Source: Alphaproteobacteria bacterium (GTDB lineage: Bacteria > Pseudomonadota > Alphaproteobacteria > UBA828). Taken from it: 64,000 bases of DNA. The notes below the pieces were generated by a model that was not told the DNA's origin, did no database searches, and was given only the letters and a program-made list of their open reading frames with translations. The position numbers were made by a program, and so were the translations under genes. This document shows positions 1-9,494 of the stretch, piece by piece (within the stretch, counting starts at the first letter, position 1; each line of letters begins with the position of its first letter). The stretch covers positions 2,880,001 to 2,944,000 of the forward strand of contig CBDCCI010000002.1 in assembly GCA_965214705.1 (NCBI GenBank), given 5' to 3'.

Positions 1-2
1 GC

Positions 3-296
3 AATGGCGAGGGCCCGAGCCTGATCCACATCAAGACCGCCCGCTTCTACGGCCACTTCGTCGGCGATGCGCAGACCTACCGGGGGGACGGCGAGATCGA
101 CAAGCTTCGCGCCGAGAAGGACTGCCTGAACATGTTCCGCGAGAAGGTCGTCGAGACAGGTCTGCTGACCGGCGAACAGCTCGATGAGATCTTCGAGGAG
201 GAGAGAGCGCGGGTGGCAGATGCCGCGTCGGCCGCTCAGGTCGCGCCGCGTGCCACCGAGGCCGATCTCATGACCGACGTTTACGCCTCTTACTGA
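3..296 (+). CDS. acoA: TPP-dependent acetoin dehydrogenase E1 alpha subunit, 3' part (truncated by window edge)
   Basis: Manual translation NGEGPSLIHIKTARFYGHFVGDAQTYR...DVYASY*; RxxGH motif; directly upstream of the E1 beta gene. Confidence 0.85.
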   Translation, partial: NGEGPSLIHIKTARFYGHFVGDAQTYRGDGEIDKLRAEKDCLNMFREKVVETGLLTGEQLDEIFEEERARVADAASAAQVAPRATEADLMTDVYASY

Positions 297-310
297 GCGG
301 GGGACCGACA

Positions 311-1315
311 ATGCCGATGAAATCATACAGGGCCGCCATCAACGAGGCGATGGCAGGCGAGATGCGGCGCGATTCCTCGGTCATCGTGATGGGCGAAGAC
401 GTGTCCGGCGGAACCGGCGCTCCCGGCGAGGACGATGCCTGGGGCGGCCCGCTTGGCGTGACCAAGGGGCTTCATACCGAGTTCGGACCGACGCGGGTGC
501 TGGACACGCCGATCGCGGAAGGCGGCTTCATCGGGGCGGCGGCCGGCGCGGCGGTAACCGGCATGCGCCCCATCGTCGATCTGATGTTCGTCGACTTCCT
601 CGGGGTCTGCTTCGATGCGATCTACAACCAGGCGGGGAAGTTCCGCTACATGTTCGGCGGCAAGGCCGAGACCCCGCTGGTGGTCAGGACGATGTATGGC
701 GCAGGCCTCAGGGCTGCGTCACAGCACAGCCAAGTGCTCTATTCGCTCTTCACCCATGTGCCCGGCGTGAAGGTGGTCGTTCCCTCGAACCCCTATGACG
801 CCAAGGGGCTGATGATCCAGTCCATACGCGACAACGATCCCGTCGTCTTCTTCGAGCACAAGGCGATGTACGACGAAGAGGCCGACGTTCCCGACGAGGC
901 CTACACGGTCCCCTTCGGCGAAGCGAACGTGGTTCGCGAGGGCGAGGACGTCACCATCGTCGCGATCGGCAAGATGGTGCATCTGGCCAATGAGGCGGCC
1001 GACAATCTGGCGAAGGACGGCATTTCCTGCACGGTGATCGACCCGCGCACGGTTTCGCCGCTGGACGAGGAGACCATCCTCGAAGAGGTCGAGGCGACCG
1101 GCCGTCTGGTCGTCGTGGACGAGAGCCACCCGCGCTGCTCCATGGCGGCCGACATCTCGTCCATCGTGGCGCAGAAGGCGTTCAAGTCGCTGAGGGGGCC
1201 AATCGAGAAGGTGACGGCGCCGCACTGCCCGGTCCCCTTCGCGCCCGAGCTCGAGGACCTCTACATCCCCAAGGTGGAGGACGTGGAGGCGGCCGTTCGC
1301 CGGACCATGGCCTGA
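311..1315 (+). CDS. acoB: Acetoin dehydrogenase E1 beta subunit
   Basis: MGEDV, DDAWGG(P)LGVTKGL (AcoB-typical), DTPIAE, ASQHSQ, FFEHK motifs. Confidence 0.88.
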   Translation: MPMKSYRAAINEAMAGEMRRDSSVIVMGEDVSGGTGAPGEDDAWGGPLGVTKGLHTEFGPTRVLDTPIAEGGFIGAAAGAAVTGMRPIVDLMFVDFLGVCFDAIYNQAGKFRYMFGGKAETPLVVRTMYGAGLRAASQHSQVLYSLFTHVPGVKVVVPSNPYDAKGLMIQSIRDNDPVVFFEHKAMYDEEADVPDEAYTVPFGEANVVREGEDVTIVAIGKMVHLANEAADNLAKDGISCTVIDPRTVSPLDEETILEEVEATGRLVVVDESHPRCSMAADISSIVAQKAFKSLRGPIEKVTAPHCPVPFAPELEDLYIPKVEDVEAAVRRTMA

Positions 1316-1445
1316 GCGGGGGTGTGCCCCGGCCCGGCGGCGCGCTTTGTTTGACAGGTTTCGGCCTTTTTCCTAGCGTCGCGCACCGGCACGCGGCTCG
1401 CCGGCGCCGGGGGAGGGCCCTGGGGATAGCCCAAGGGATGGCGAT

Positions 1446-2126
1446 GTGACGATCGGGGCGGTCCTTCCGGTCAAGGACACGGGCGATGCCAAGCAGCGGC
1501 TGGCGGGTTTCCTCAGCGCGGCTGAGCGCCAGCGCCTCGCCCTCGCGATGGCGGAAGACGTGCTGGAGACCCTTGCGCGCGTGCCGGGATTGTCGGACAT
1601 CCTCGTGGTGACGCGGGACGAGCGGGCGGCTGCGCTCGCCGCACGCCACGGGGCGCGGGTGCTCACGGAGCCCTCGAACGACGGCCAGAGCGCGGCGGTG
1701 GAGAGGGCCGCCGCGGCGTTCGGCCGCACTGGGGTCGATAGTCTGCTGCAGGTACCGGGCGACGTGCCCGGCGCGAGCGTGGACGAGATCGAGGCGGTGC
1801 TGGCGGAACACAAGGGCGCGCGCGACAACGGGCCGGCGGTGACCCTGGTGCCGTCGCACGACCGGCGCGGCACCAACTGCGTGCTCTGCTCGCCGCCCGG
1901 CGCACTGCCCTTTGCCTTCGGCCACGACAGCTTCGGGCCGCATTGCGCAGCAGCGTGGGCGCGTGGCATCGCACCGCGGATCCTGCCGCTGCCGGGTCTC
2001 GGCCTCGATATCGACACGCCCGACGATCTCCGCGCCTTCATCGCGCGGCCGGCGCCGGGCCGCACCCTCGACTATCTGCGCGAAAGCGGGGTCGCTGAGC
2101 GCCTTCTTGTGACCGACGCGGCTTGA
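1446..2126 (+). CDS. cofC: F420 biosynthesis guanylyltransferase CofC/FbiD
   Basis: PVK...AKQRL, PGDVP, GTN, FGHDSF..H, LDIDTPDDL motifs; adjacent to FO synthase. Confidence 0.9.
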   Translation: MTIGAVLPVKDTGDAKQRLAGFLSAAERQRLALAMAEDVLETLARVPGLSDILVVTRDERAAALAARHGARVLTEPSNDGQSAAVERAAAAFGRTGVDSLLQVPGDVPGASVDEIEAVLAEHKGARDNGPAVTLVPSHDRRGTNCVLCSPPGALPFAFGHDSFGPHCAAAWARGIAPRILPLPGLGLDIDTPDDLRAFIARPAPGRTLDYLRESGVAERLLVTDAA

Positions 2127-2131
2127 GGCGG

Positions 2132-4600
2132 ATGCAAGGCGCAACCCGAGATTTGCTCGAAGCGGTGCAGGACGGCCGCCGTCCCGATGCGGTGGAGGCT
2201 CTCGCGCTCGCCGCCGAGGACGACCTGGCGCCGCTGCTGGACTGCGCGGCCGCACTCCGCGATCGGGCGCATCCCGACGTCGTGACCTACTCGCGCAAGG
2301 TCTTCATCCCGCTCACCCATCTCTGCCGCGACGTCTGCCACTACTGCACCTTCGCCCGGCCGCCGCGCCGGGGCGAGACCGCGTTCATGACGCCGGAGGA
2401 AGTGCTGCGGATGGCCGAAGCGGGCGCCGCCGCGGGCTGCAAGGAGGCGCTCTTCACCCTCGGCGACAAGCCGGAGCTGCGCTATCGCGCGGCGCGCGAA
2501 GGGCTGGAAGCGCTGGGCTACGAGAGCACGCTCGCCTACCTCGCGGACATGGCGAAGCTGGTGCTGGAGAAGACACCGCTGCTGCCGCACCTCAATCCCG
2601 GCGTGCTGAATCGCGACGACCTGCGCACGCTGCGCGAGGTCTCCGCCTCACAGGGCATGATGCTGGAGAGCGCGTCGGAGCGGCTTTCGGCCAAGGGCGG
2701 GCCGCACTACGGCTCGCCCGACAAGCAGCCGGCAGCGCACCTCGAGACGCTGCGCCTTGCGGGCGAGGAGGCGGTGCCGTTCACCTCCGGCATCCTCATC
2801 GGCATCGGCGAGACGCGGGAGGAGCGGATCGAGGCTCTGCTCGCGCTCCGCGATGCCCACGACGCCCACGGGCATATTCAGGAAATCATCGTCCAGAACT
2901 TCCGGGCCAAGCCTGGGACGCGCATGGCCGATGCGCCCGAGCCGAGCCTCGACGAGCTGCTCTGGACTATCGCAACGGCCCGCATCCTCTTCGGGCCGGA
3001 GGCGAACATCCAGGCGCCGCCCAACCTCAGCCCCGGCGCGCTGCCGCAACTGGTCGCCGCCGGGATCAACGACTGGGGCGGCGTCTCGCCGGTGACGCAG
3101 GATTACGTCAATCCCGAGGCGCCGTGGCCCCATCTCGACGCGCTCGCGCGCGAGACCGCCGCCGCCGGCAAAACCCTGGCCGAGCGGCTCACGATCTATC
3201 CGTCCTACGTGCGTGCGGGCGAACGCTGGCTCGATCCAGCGCTGCACACGCGCGTGCTGAAGCTGGTCGATTCCGAGGGCTATCCCCGCACCGACGCCTG
3301 GGTCACGGGCGCGGGCGAGCCGCCGCCGGAGCAGCGCACGTCCGCGCCAGCCGTCATCACGCCCGACATCGAGCGCGTTCTGGTCCGCGCGGAGGCGGGC
3401 GAGGGGCTTGGCGAGGACGCGCTAGTGCGGCTCTTTGGCGCGCGGGGCGGCGCGTTCGACGCGGTCTGCGCCGCGGCCGACGGGCTGCGCGCCAGGGTGA
3501 GCGGCCCGCAGGTCAGCTACGTGGTGAACCGCAACATCAACTACACCAACGTCTGCTACTTCCGCTGCCAGTTCTGCGCCTTCTCCAAGGGCAAGCTGAG
3601 CGAGAACCTGCGCGGCCGGCCCTACGACCTGACGCTGGACGAGATCGTGCGCCGGGTGCGGGAGGCGTGGGAGCGCGGCGCGACCGAGGTCTGCCTCCAG
3701 GGCGGCATCCATCCCGACTACACCGGCGAGACCTATCTCGCGATCTGCCGCGCCATCAAGCAGGCGGAGCCCGCGATCCACGTCCACGCCTTCTCGCCGC
3801 TGGAGATCTGGCAGGGCGCAGCGACCTTGGGCCACACGGTGCCCGACTTCCTCGCTGCGCTGCAGGAGGCCGGGTTGGGGTCGCTGCCCGGCACCGCCGC
3901 CGAAATCCTCGACGACGAGGTGAGGGCGGTCATCTGCCCGGACAAAATCGTGACCGACCAGTGGCTTTCGGTGATGGAGGCGGCCCATGCGCTGGGACTG
4001 CGCAGCACCGCCACGATCATGTTCGGCCACGTGGACGGGCCGCGTCACTGGGCGCGCCACCTCGCGCGCGTCCGCGCCTTGCAGGAGCGCACCGGCGGCT
4101 TCACCGAGTTCGTGCCGCTCCCCTTCGTCGCAACGGAGGCGCCGCTCTACCTCAAGGGGCGCGCGAGGCGGGGGCCGACCTGGCGCGAGGCGGTGCTGAT
4201 GCACGCCGTGGCGCGGCTCGCGCTGCACCCGATCATCCCCAACATCCAGACCTCGTGGGTCAAGATGGGGCGGGTGGGTGCCGCAGCCTGCCTTCGCGCC
4301 GGCGCCAACGACATCGGCGGCACGCTGATGAACGAATCGATCACCCGCGCTGCCGGCGCGAGCCACGGCCAGGAATTCCTGGCCGACGAGATCGAGGCGC
4401 TGGTGGAGCGGCTGGGGCGCACGCCGGTGCAGCGGACGACGCTCTACGAGCCCGCACCGCCCGCCCGCCGCGCCGCTGCCCGCGCTGCGGCGCCGCTCGC
4501 CCCGGTGGTGAACGCGCCGGCCCGGCGCTACGAGCGGCGCGCGGCAGCAAGCGACCTGGTCCGCCCCGGACTCGACGCCGGCGCACCGCCGGGAGAGTGA
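2132..4600 (+). CDS. fbiC: Bifunctional FO synthase (CofG-CofH fusion)
   Basis: Two radical-SAM motifs (CRDVCHYC, CYFRCQFC); TYSRKVFIPLT and NRNINYTN motifs. Confidence 0.93.
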   Translation: MQGATRDLLEAVQDGRRPDAVEALALAAEDDLAPLLDCAAALRDRAHPDVVTYSRKVFIPLTHLCRDVCHYCTFARPPRRGETAFMTPEEVLRMAEAGAAAGCKEALFTLGDKPELRYRAAREGLEALGYESTLAYLADMAKLVLEKTPLLPHLNPGVLNRDDLRTLREVSASQGMMLESASERLSAKGGPHYGSPDKQPAAHLETLRLAGEEAVPFTSGILIGIGETREERIEALLALRDAHDAHGHIQEIIVQNFRAKPGTRMADAPEPSLDELLWTIATARILFGPEANIQAPPNLSPGALPQLVAAGINDWGGVSPVTQDYVNPEAPWPHLDALARETAAAGKTLAERLTIYPSYVRAGERWLDPALHTRVLKLVDSEGYPRTDAWVTGAGEPPPEQRTSAPAVITPDIERVLVRAEAGEGLGEDALVRLFGARGGAFDAVCAAADGLRARVSGPQVSYVVNRNINYTNVCYFRCQFCAFSKGKLSENLRGRPYDLTLDEIVRRVREAWERGATEVCLQGGIHPDYTGETYLAICRAIKQAEPAIHVHAFSPLEIWQGAATLGHTVPDFLAALQEAGLGSLPGTAAEILDDEVRAVICPDKIVTDQWLSVMEAAHALGLRSTATIMFGHVDGPRHWARHLARVRALQERTGGFTEFVPLPFVATEAPLYLKGRARRGPTWREAVLMHAVARLALHPIIPNIQTSWVKMGRVGAAACLRAGANDIGGTLMNESITRAAGASHGQEFLADEIEALVERLGRTPVQRTTLYEPAPPARRAAARAAAPLAPVVNAPARRYERRAAASDLVRPGLDAGAPPGE

Positions 4601-4638
4601 GGGGCGGCGTCAATCTCTCCGCTGGCCTCGACGAAAAC

Positions 4639-4914
4639 TCAAGATGTTGAGCTATACGCGCGATGTTTGTTGGCAATCAATGTGGCCAGCCGCGCATCTA
4701 TCTCTGTTCCAGTAACGAACTCACTCTCGCGGCGGCGCGAGAGGAGCGCGCGCAAAGCCGCGTTTTCCGACTCCTTGGCCTCCACTTGCTGGCGCAGCAG
4801 CTCAACGCCTCGCTGCAAGACCGCGTCAATGCTGGAGTAGTGCCCTGCCTCGACCAGCGACTTGGCAAAGGCGTGCTGCTCATCGGTAAGCGATACAGAC
4901 GACTTGACCGTCAC
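4639..4914 (-). CDS. Ribbon-helix-helix ParD-like antitoxin (orphan)
   Basis: MTVKSSVSLTDEQHAFAKSLVEAGHYSSIDAVLQRG resembles the ParD/CopG RHH family. Confidence 0.7.
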   Translation of the reverse strand: MTVKSSVSLTDEQHAFAKSLVEAGHYSSIDAVLQRGVELLRQQVEAKESENAALRALLSRRRESEFVTGTEIDARLATLIANKHRAYSSTS

Positions 4915-5061
4915 AGGAGTCTCCTTGGCGCAAAAGTGATACTCAGCAGCACCTTAGTCAACAAACTCGCGCATCCGTTCGTCTACGCTCGGGAGAGAGG
5001 CCGATCCGTGTGATAGGCTCGACGCGCGCGCAGGCGCGGCCACAGGGGAGGAGCAGCGACG

Positions 5062-5517
5062 ATGGCAGGGTTCACGATCACGGCGACCAATCACACGAGC
5101 TTCACGGTCTCCAGCCTGGACCGCGCGATCGGCCTGTTCCAGGGCGCGCTCGGCTTCACGCTGCTCAACCGCTCGCCGCGCGATCCCAAGTTCATCGAGC
5201 AGGTGGTGGGCGTCGACGGCGCGGACATCGAGGTCGCCTACCTGCAGGCGCCCGGCCATCGCCTGGAGTTGATCGAGTATCGCGGCCCCGCCGACCGCGG
5301 CCGGGTCGACTCGCGCCCCTGCGACGCGGGCTTCGCCCATATCGCCTTCGACGTGGACGACATCCACGAAGCGATCGCGGCGGTGCGGGACGCGGGCTCC
5401 GAGCCTCTAGGCGATCCCATCACGGTCAACGCCGGGCCCAACAAGGGCGGCCTCGTGGTCTACACGCGCGATCCCGACGGCATCACGGTCGAGTTCATCC
5501 AGCGGCCGAAGGCCTAG
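5062..5517 (+). CDS. VOC/glyoxalase family protein
   Basis: NHTSFTV, LELIEY, HIAFDVDD, RDPDGITVE. Confidence 0.88.
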   Translation: MAGFTITATNHTSFTVSSLDRAIGLFQGALGFTLLNRSPRDPKFIEQVVGVDGADIEVAYLQAPGHRLELIEYRGPADRGRVDSRPCDAGFAHIAFDVDDIHEAIAAVRDAGSEPLGDPITVNAGPNKGGLVVYTRDPDGITVEFIQRPKA

Positions 5518-5524
5518 GCGCCAG

Positions 5525-6145
5525 ATGTTCTACGAGACCGCGCGCAACGATCACGGCCTGCCGCACGACCCCTTCAAGTCCTGCGTGGTGCCGCGCCCGA
5601 TCGGCTGGATCACCACGATCGATATGGCCGGCGGGCTCAACCTCGCGCCCTTCAGCTACTTCAACGCCTGCGGCGACCACCCGCCGCAGGTGATGTACGC
5701 GCCGAGCGGGCCGCACGCGGCCGAAGGCGGCGCCAAGGACAGCCTGCACAACGTGCAGGAGACCGGCGAGTTCGTCGCCAACTTAGCCACCTGGGAGCAG
5801 CGCGAGGCGATGCGCTTCTCGTCGAGCGGGGTGCCGAGCAGCGTCGACGAGTTCGCGCTGACCGGGCTCCAGACCGAGCCCGCGCGGCTGGTGCGCCCGC
5901 CCAGGGTCAAGGGCGCGCCGATCCACCTCGAATGCCGGCTCCACAAGGTGATCGAGCTGCTGGCCGACAACCCTGCGCGCTTCCGCAACTGGCTCGTGCT
6001 GGGCGAGGTGGTCGGCGTTCACATCGATGACGCGATCATCACCGACGGGCGCGTGGACCAGTCGAAGTTCCGGCCCATCGCGCGGCTCGGCTACGCCGAC
6101 TACACTACGGTGGACAGCCACTTCGAGATGCCCTTCCCGGACTAA
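5525..6145 (+). CDS. Flavin reductase family protein
   Basis: VVPRPIGWITT, NLAPFSYFN, KDSLHN..ETGEFV, ARLG motifs. Confidence 0.88.
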   Translation: MFYETARNDHGLPHDPFKSCVVPRPIGWITTIDMAGGLNLAPFSYFNACGDHPPQVMYAPSGPHAAEGGAKDSLHNVQETGEFVANLATWEQREAMRFSSSGVPSSVDEFALTGLQTEPARLVRPPRVKGAPIHLECRLHKVIELLADNPARFRNWLVLGEVVGVHIDDAIITDGRVDQSKFRPIARLGYADYTTVDSHFEMPFPD

Positions 6146-6445
6146 GGCGAGACGCCGGGTTTCGGGTTGGGGCTGAGTGAGCGGCTATAGAGCGAGCGTC
6201 GCGGTCTCGGCTCGCACGCCGCTTTTGACCACAGACCGGATCATGTCGGCGGTCTCGCCGAGCCCGAAATTCAGGCCGGGCATTCGGTTGGAGGTCATTG
6301 TACTGGCGGCTCCTATCGCTACTCCATTGCTTTATGGTGAACATAGCACAACTCTAGGGCAGAGGTGCCGGTGACTATGATCAAGAAGCATACTTCTCGC
6401 TCAACAGTTCAAGACGGCCCAGCTACTATCCTTTCTCCACTCCAC

Positions 6446-9139
6446 CTAAATCGTTTGCTCAACGCCGCGGCCGTCTAAAACATTATCAAAGTCATTTAGA
6501 GCCTCTTGAAGATCCCAATGGGCTCTTAACTGGTGCTGTTTAGCGATTACCACATTTGAGATAAGCCGATGTTGTTCGTCGGGATTCAGTGGAAAAGCAA
6601 TCTCCAATTCTTCAAAATCCTGAACTTGAGTACGTCTTCGATTACTGTGTCCCGTTGTGATTGCTCGAAATGCACGTTGATAATATCTACTCCTCAAAAG
6701 CACTTGCAGAAAGGCTGGCTCTAGTCGACTATCAATTACTGAATAGATTGGAAATTCCTTGGAAACCAAGGCGCCGTCAAACTCACTAGGAACCAAAGCA
6801 ATGCAGCCCTTCCAAAGATCAATTGAAGAGAATACCACGTCCCCCTCATGGGCCACATACCACGTGCCGGGGCTCTCCCGGAAATATTCCGCGCGCCATT
6901 CTGGTGGATTTCGACCTTTTCCAGCCTCCCGTGGGCGAATATCCCCTGTTTGACCAATTGTCATAACCGTATATAATTCATCCGCCTCATTTGAGAAAAC
7001 TGCGCGTTCCTCTTGTCTTTGCAAAACATCTCCGAGTCTTCTTATTATCCACCCCTCTGGAACAATAGGACTGCCGTAATATTTGAAGAGGTGATATTTG
7101 GGATCCAAGCGATGGCTCCCATGGCTCTCCCAAACCTCTTCAAATGGTAGCGCTGCACAGTCGGGCTCCACGTGCCCCCTGTAAGTATCGGGTGCGCTTG
7201 CAAATCGTCTCCATTCACCGAGTATTGAGCCCTCTTGATCATTCCCCAATACATGGGCGCCGTCACTTTGGTACAAGTCGTTTCTGGAACTCGGCGCTCC
7301 CGCTGGCGTGTAACCAACCTCAGCTGCCTCACCCAGGAAGGTCCTATAGCAGAGTCTGGCCTCGCGAATTGCCGCTCCAATGACTCCTAAATGGTCCTCT
7401 CCAGCCTGCACCAGGCGATTAATAGCACGATCAAAAACTCGCTTTTCGGCGAGGGTAAATTTTTGGAAGAAAAGGATTGAAGTCTTGTTTTGTGCGCCGG
7501 ATTTGCGAAACGCGTGGTCTGGAAGGGAAATAATGGCCGTAACCCTGCCCCGAGACGCAATAAAGGACCGTGTACGCGGACAATTTGACCGATCCCCCTG
7601 ATTGTTAAGCAGACCATCCGGTACGATCAGTTCGAGACGTCCTCCCGGCTCCAAAAATTCAATACATCTTTCCAACACAACTTGCTCTGAGTCAATCTTT
7701 CGGATTCCTGCAGCAACTGCAAAATTCTCAAGAGTATTTTGCCCGAGTTGTTCGTCATCTCCCTCCGAGATATCAGTGCCAAAAGGCGGATTTCCAACAA
7801 TGACCGTAAACTTTTCTCTAGGAGGGTTTAGCCGAGCGTTAGCGAACACCGCGTCCAGGACTGAGCGATTGGCCTCAATGTTGGAATGCCCGTCATGGTG
7901 AAGAAGAAGAAGATTTATTTTACAAATCCGCGCCAGAATTTCATGAATTTCAATGCCATAGACCTGGGTCATTGCAAAATCATACTTTATGCGATGAACC
8001 TGGTCTGATGGCTGGCCAAGAAAGGCACGATCAATACGATGCCAAACTTGAAGTAAGCATTCCAAAAGAAAGCCCCCGCTACCGGCCGTTGGGTCTAACA
8101 CGAAATCGCTATGGTTAATATCCAACATAGAAATCACGAAACGTGCAAGTTGTCGCATTGTGAAGTATTGGCCAAGGCCCCCTCGGAAAATCGAGCCGAA
8201 GAACTGTTCGAAGGCTTTTCCTACACTGTCGACGTCGGTTCGCGTAAAGGCTACACCCTCAAGGGTGCTAACTATCGATGAAATTTTTGCATCGGGAAGA
8301 CTAATGCGAGAATCCACCGGGAATATGGTGGGATCAGTTTCACAGGCTTGTGAAAACAGTGAGTGCACTCGTGTAGCAACAGTCGCGGTCGTTTCTTTGG
8401 TTCCGACCTGAAAGCGGCGGGGTTCGTTGGAGCTGGTGGTTCTCTCATCAATGACCTTGGCAAAGAGAAGTTTGCTCCATTCGTCAAATGCAGTAAGTGG
8501 ATCACGTCTGCCTCCGGCCCAAATGAGGGAATGTGTCTGGCGAATTTTGGCCTCCAATTGAGAAGCTTCAAGGGGGGCGATGTCGTTGGGCTGGCCAGCA
8601 AGGAAGGTGTAGACGGGAATGTTGCCGTATTCGCGCGGCAGTCTGTCTCGGTCGCCAAGTCGGTTTGTAACGCGTTCTGTAGATGGGTAGTTCGCTACAT
8701 CAAAAAAGGCGCTGCAGGTTCCCTCGTCATAAAGAGTAAAGTCGGCTCGCAAAGAGTTGGCGTTTCCAAATGCTTGTTCTATGCCCTGCTCGCGATCAGC
8801 ATCGCTTTGTTCAGCTGCTTTGTTTTCAACAACAATGTATGGTTCGCGACAATGATCGTCATTGTATACTACAATATCGGCAAAGTCGGATGGAGTCCGG
8901 CGCGGCACGGACACTTCAAGTTTAATTCTATTTGCCGGATACCCTTTGTCCACTATTAGCCATGAAACTGTCGTGGACCTCACCCACTCTTCGGGGTCGT
9001 TCCAGTTGTAGGATTGCTCCTTTGCCAATACATATTTTACACGCTGGTTATCAATGAGAAGGATTCCACGACGGATCGCTTCATGAACCGCCGGTTGGGT
9101 CAGGGCATCTTCCGGACTATCAAGTCTGGATATAGGCAT
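6446..9139 (-). CDS. Single-chain restriction-modification enzyme (HsdR-N-type nuclease + N6-adenine MTase + one TRD; Type IIG-like)
   Basis: PEEWVR..ADIVVY..IVVENK nuclease motif, GQYFT, VLDPTAGSGGFL, GNPPF, C-terminal HsdS-like TRD; visibly AT-richer than the flanks. Confidence 0.85.
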   Translation of the reverse strand: MPISRLDSPEDALTQPAVHEAIRRGILLIDNQRVKYVLAKEQSYNWNDPEEWVRSTTVSWLIVDKGYPANRIKLEVSVPRRTPSDFADIVVYNDDHCREPYIVVENKAAEQSDADREQGIEQAFGNANSLRADFTLYDEGTCSAFFDVANYPSTERVTNRLGDRDRLPREYGNIPVYTFLAGQPNDIAPLEASQLEAKIRQTHSLIWAGGRRDPLTAFDEWSKLLFAKVIDERTTSSNEPRRFQVGTKETTATVATRVHSLFSQACETDPTIFPVDSRISLPDAKISSIVSTLEGVAFTRTDVDSVGKAFEQFFGSIFRGGLGQYFTMRQLARFVISMLDINHSDFVLDPTAGSGGFLLECLLQVWHRIDRAFLGQPSDQVHRIKYDFAMTQVYGIEIHEILARICKINLLLLHHDGHSNIEANRSVLDAVFANARLNPPREKFTVIVGNPPFGTDISEGDDEQLGQNTLENFAVAAGIRKIDSEQVVLERCIEFLEPGGRLELIVPDGLLNNQGDRSNCPRTRSFIASRGRVTAIISLPDHAFRKSGAQNKTSILFFQKFTLAEKRVFDRAINRLVQAGEDHLGVIGAAIREARLCYRTFLGEAAEVGYTPAGAPSSRNDLYQSDGAHVLGNDQEGSILGEWRRFASAPDTYRGHVEPDCAALPFEEVWESHGSHRLDPKYHLFKYYGSPIVPEGWIIRRLGDVLQRQEERAVFSNEADELYTVMTIGQTGDIRPREAGKGRNPPEWRAEYFRESPGTWYVAHEGDVVFSSIDLWKGCIALVPSEFDGALVSKEFPIYSVIDSRLEPAFLQVLLRSRYYQRAFRAITTGHSNRRRTQVQDFEELEIAFPLNPDEQHRLISNVVIAKQHQLRAHWDLQEALNDFDNVLDGRGVEQTI

Positions 9140-9142
9140 CTG

Positions 9143-9385
9143 CTAACTCCAGGAAGCAACCGCAGCGTTGCGAGGATTGACCTTGATCGAGATAAACCGC
9201 GAGCCAGCAATCTTATCGACCAATATTACTTCCAGCTTGACGGTAGAGCCCACCACGCTCGGGAGGTGCGCGGGCGGCGTGTGAAGTGACTGCTTCCCGG
9301 CCGCGCCGCCCGACGCACGTACCATACGGAGCTCACGGAAATACGTCTCGACCGCCGCGCGCAGTTTCTTGTTTGTTCCGCTCAT
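9143..9385 (-). pseudogene. Degraded N-terminal stub of a Type ISP-like R-M enzyme
   Basis: AVETYFRELRMVRASGGAAG recalls the N-terminus of Type ISP-like MTase/helicase proteins; ends after 80 aa. Confidence 0.5.
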
Positions 9386-9454
9386 TGCGCCCTTATCGCC
9401 GACGACGGTCTATCGTTCAAGGCCTGCGGCCCAGTCGCGGATGGTTGAGCGTCG

Positions 9455-9494
9455 CCCGGACCATGGTGCGGTGCACGACGCGCCGGGGCCGTGA
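9455..9494 (+). promoter_or_regulatory. Mor/C-type activator box and -35 region, copy A (its -10 and ATG displaced to 11659-11673 by IS1634)
   Basis: CCCGGACCATGGTGCGGTGCACG (9455-9477) is identical to the reverse complement of 17513-17535. Confidence 0.65.

Noticed and set aside
7900-7912. (GAA)4 tract in the R-M gene as a phase-variation switch
   Set aside because: A triplet unit keeps the frame, and the tract is too short
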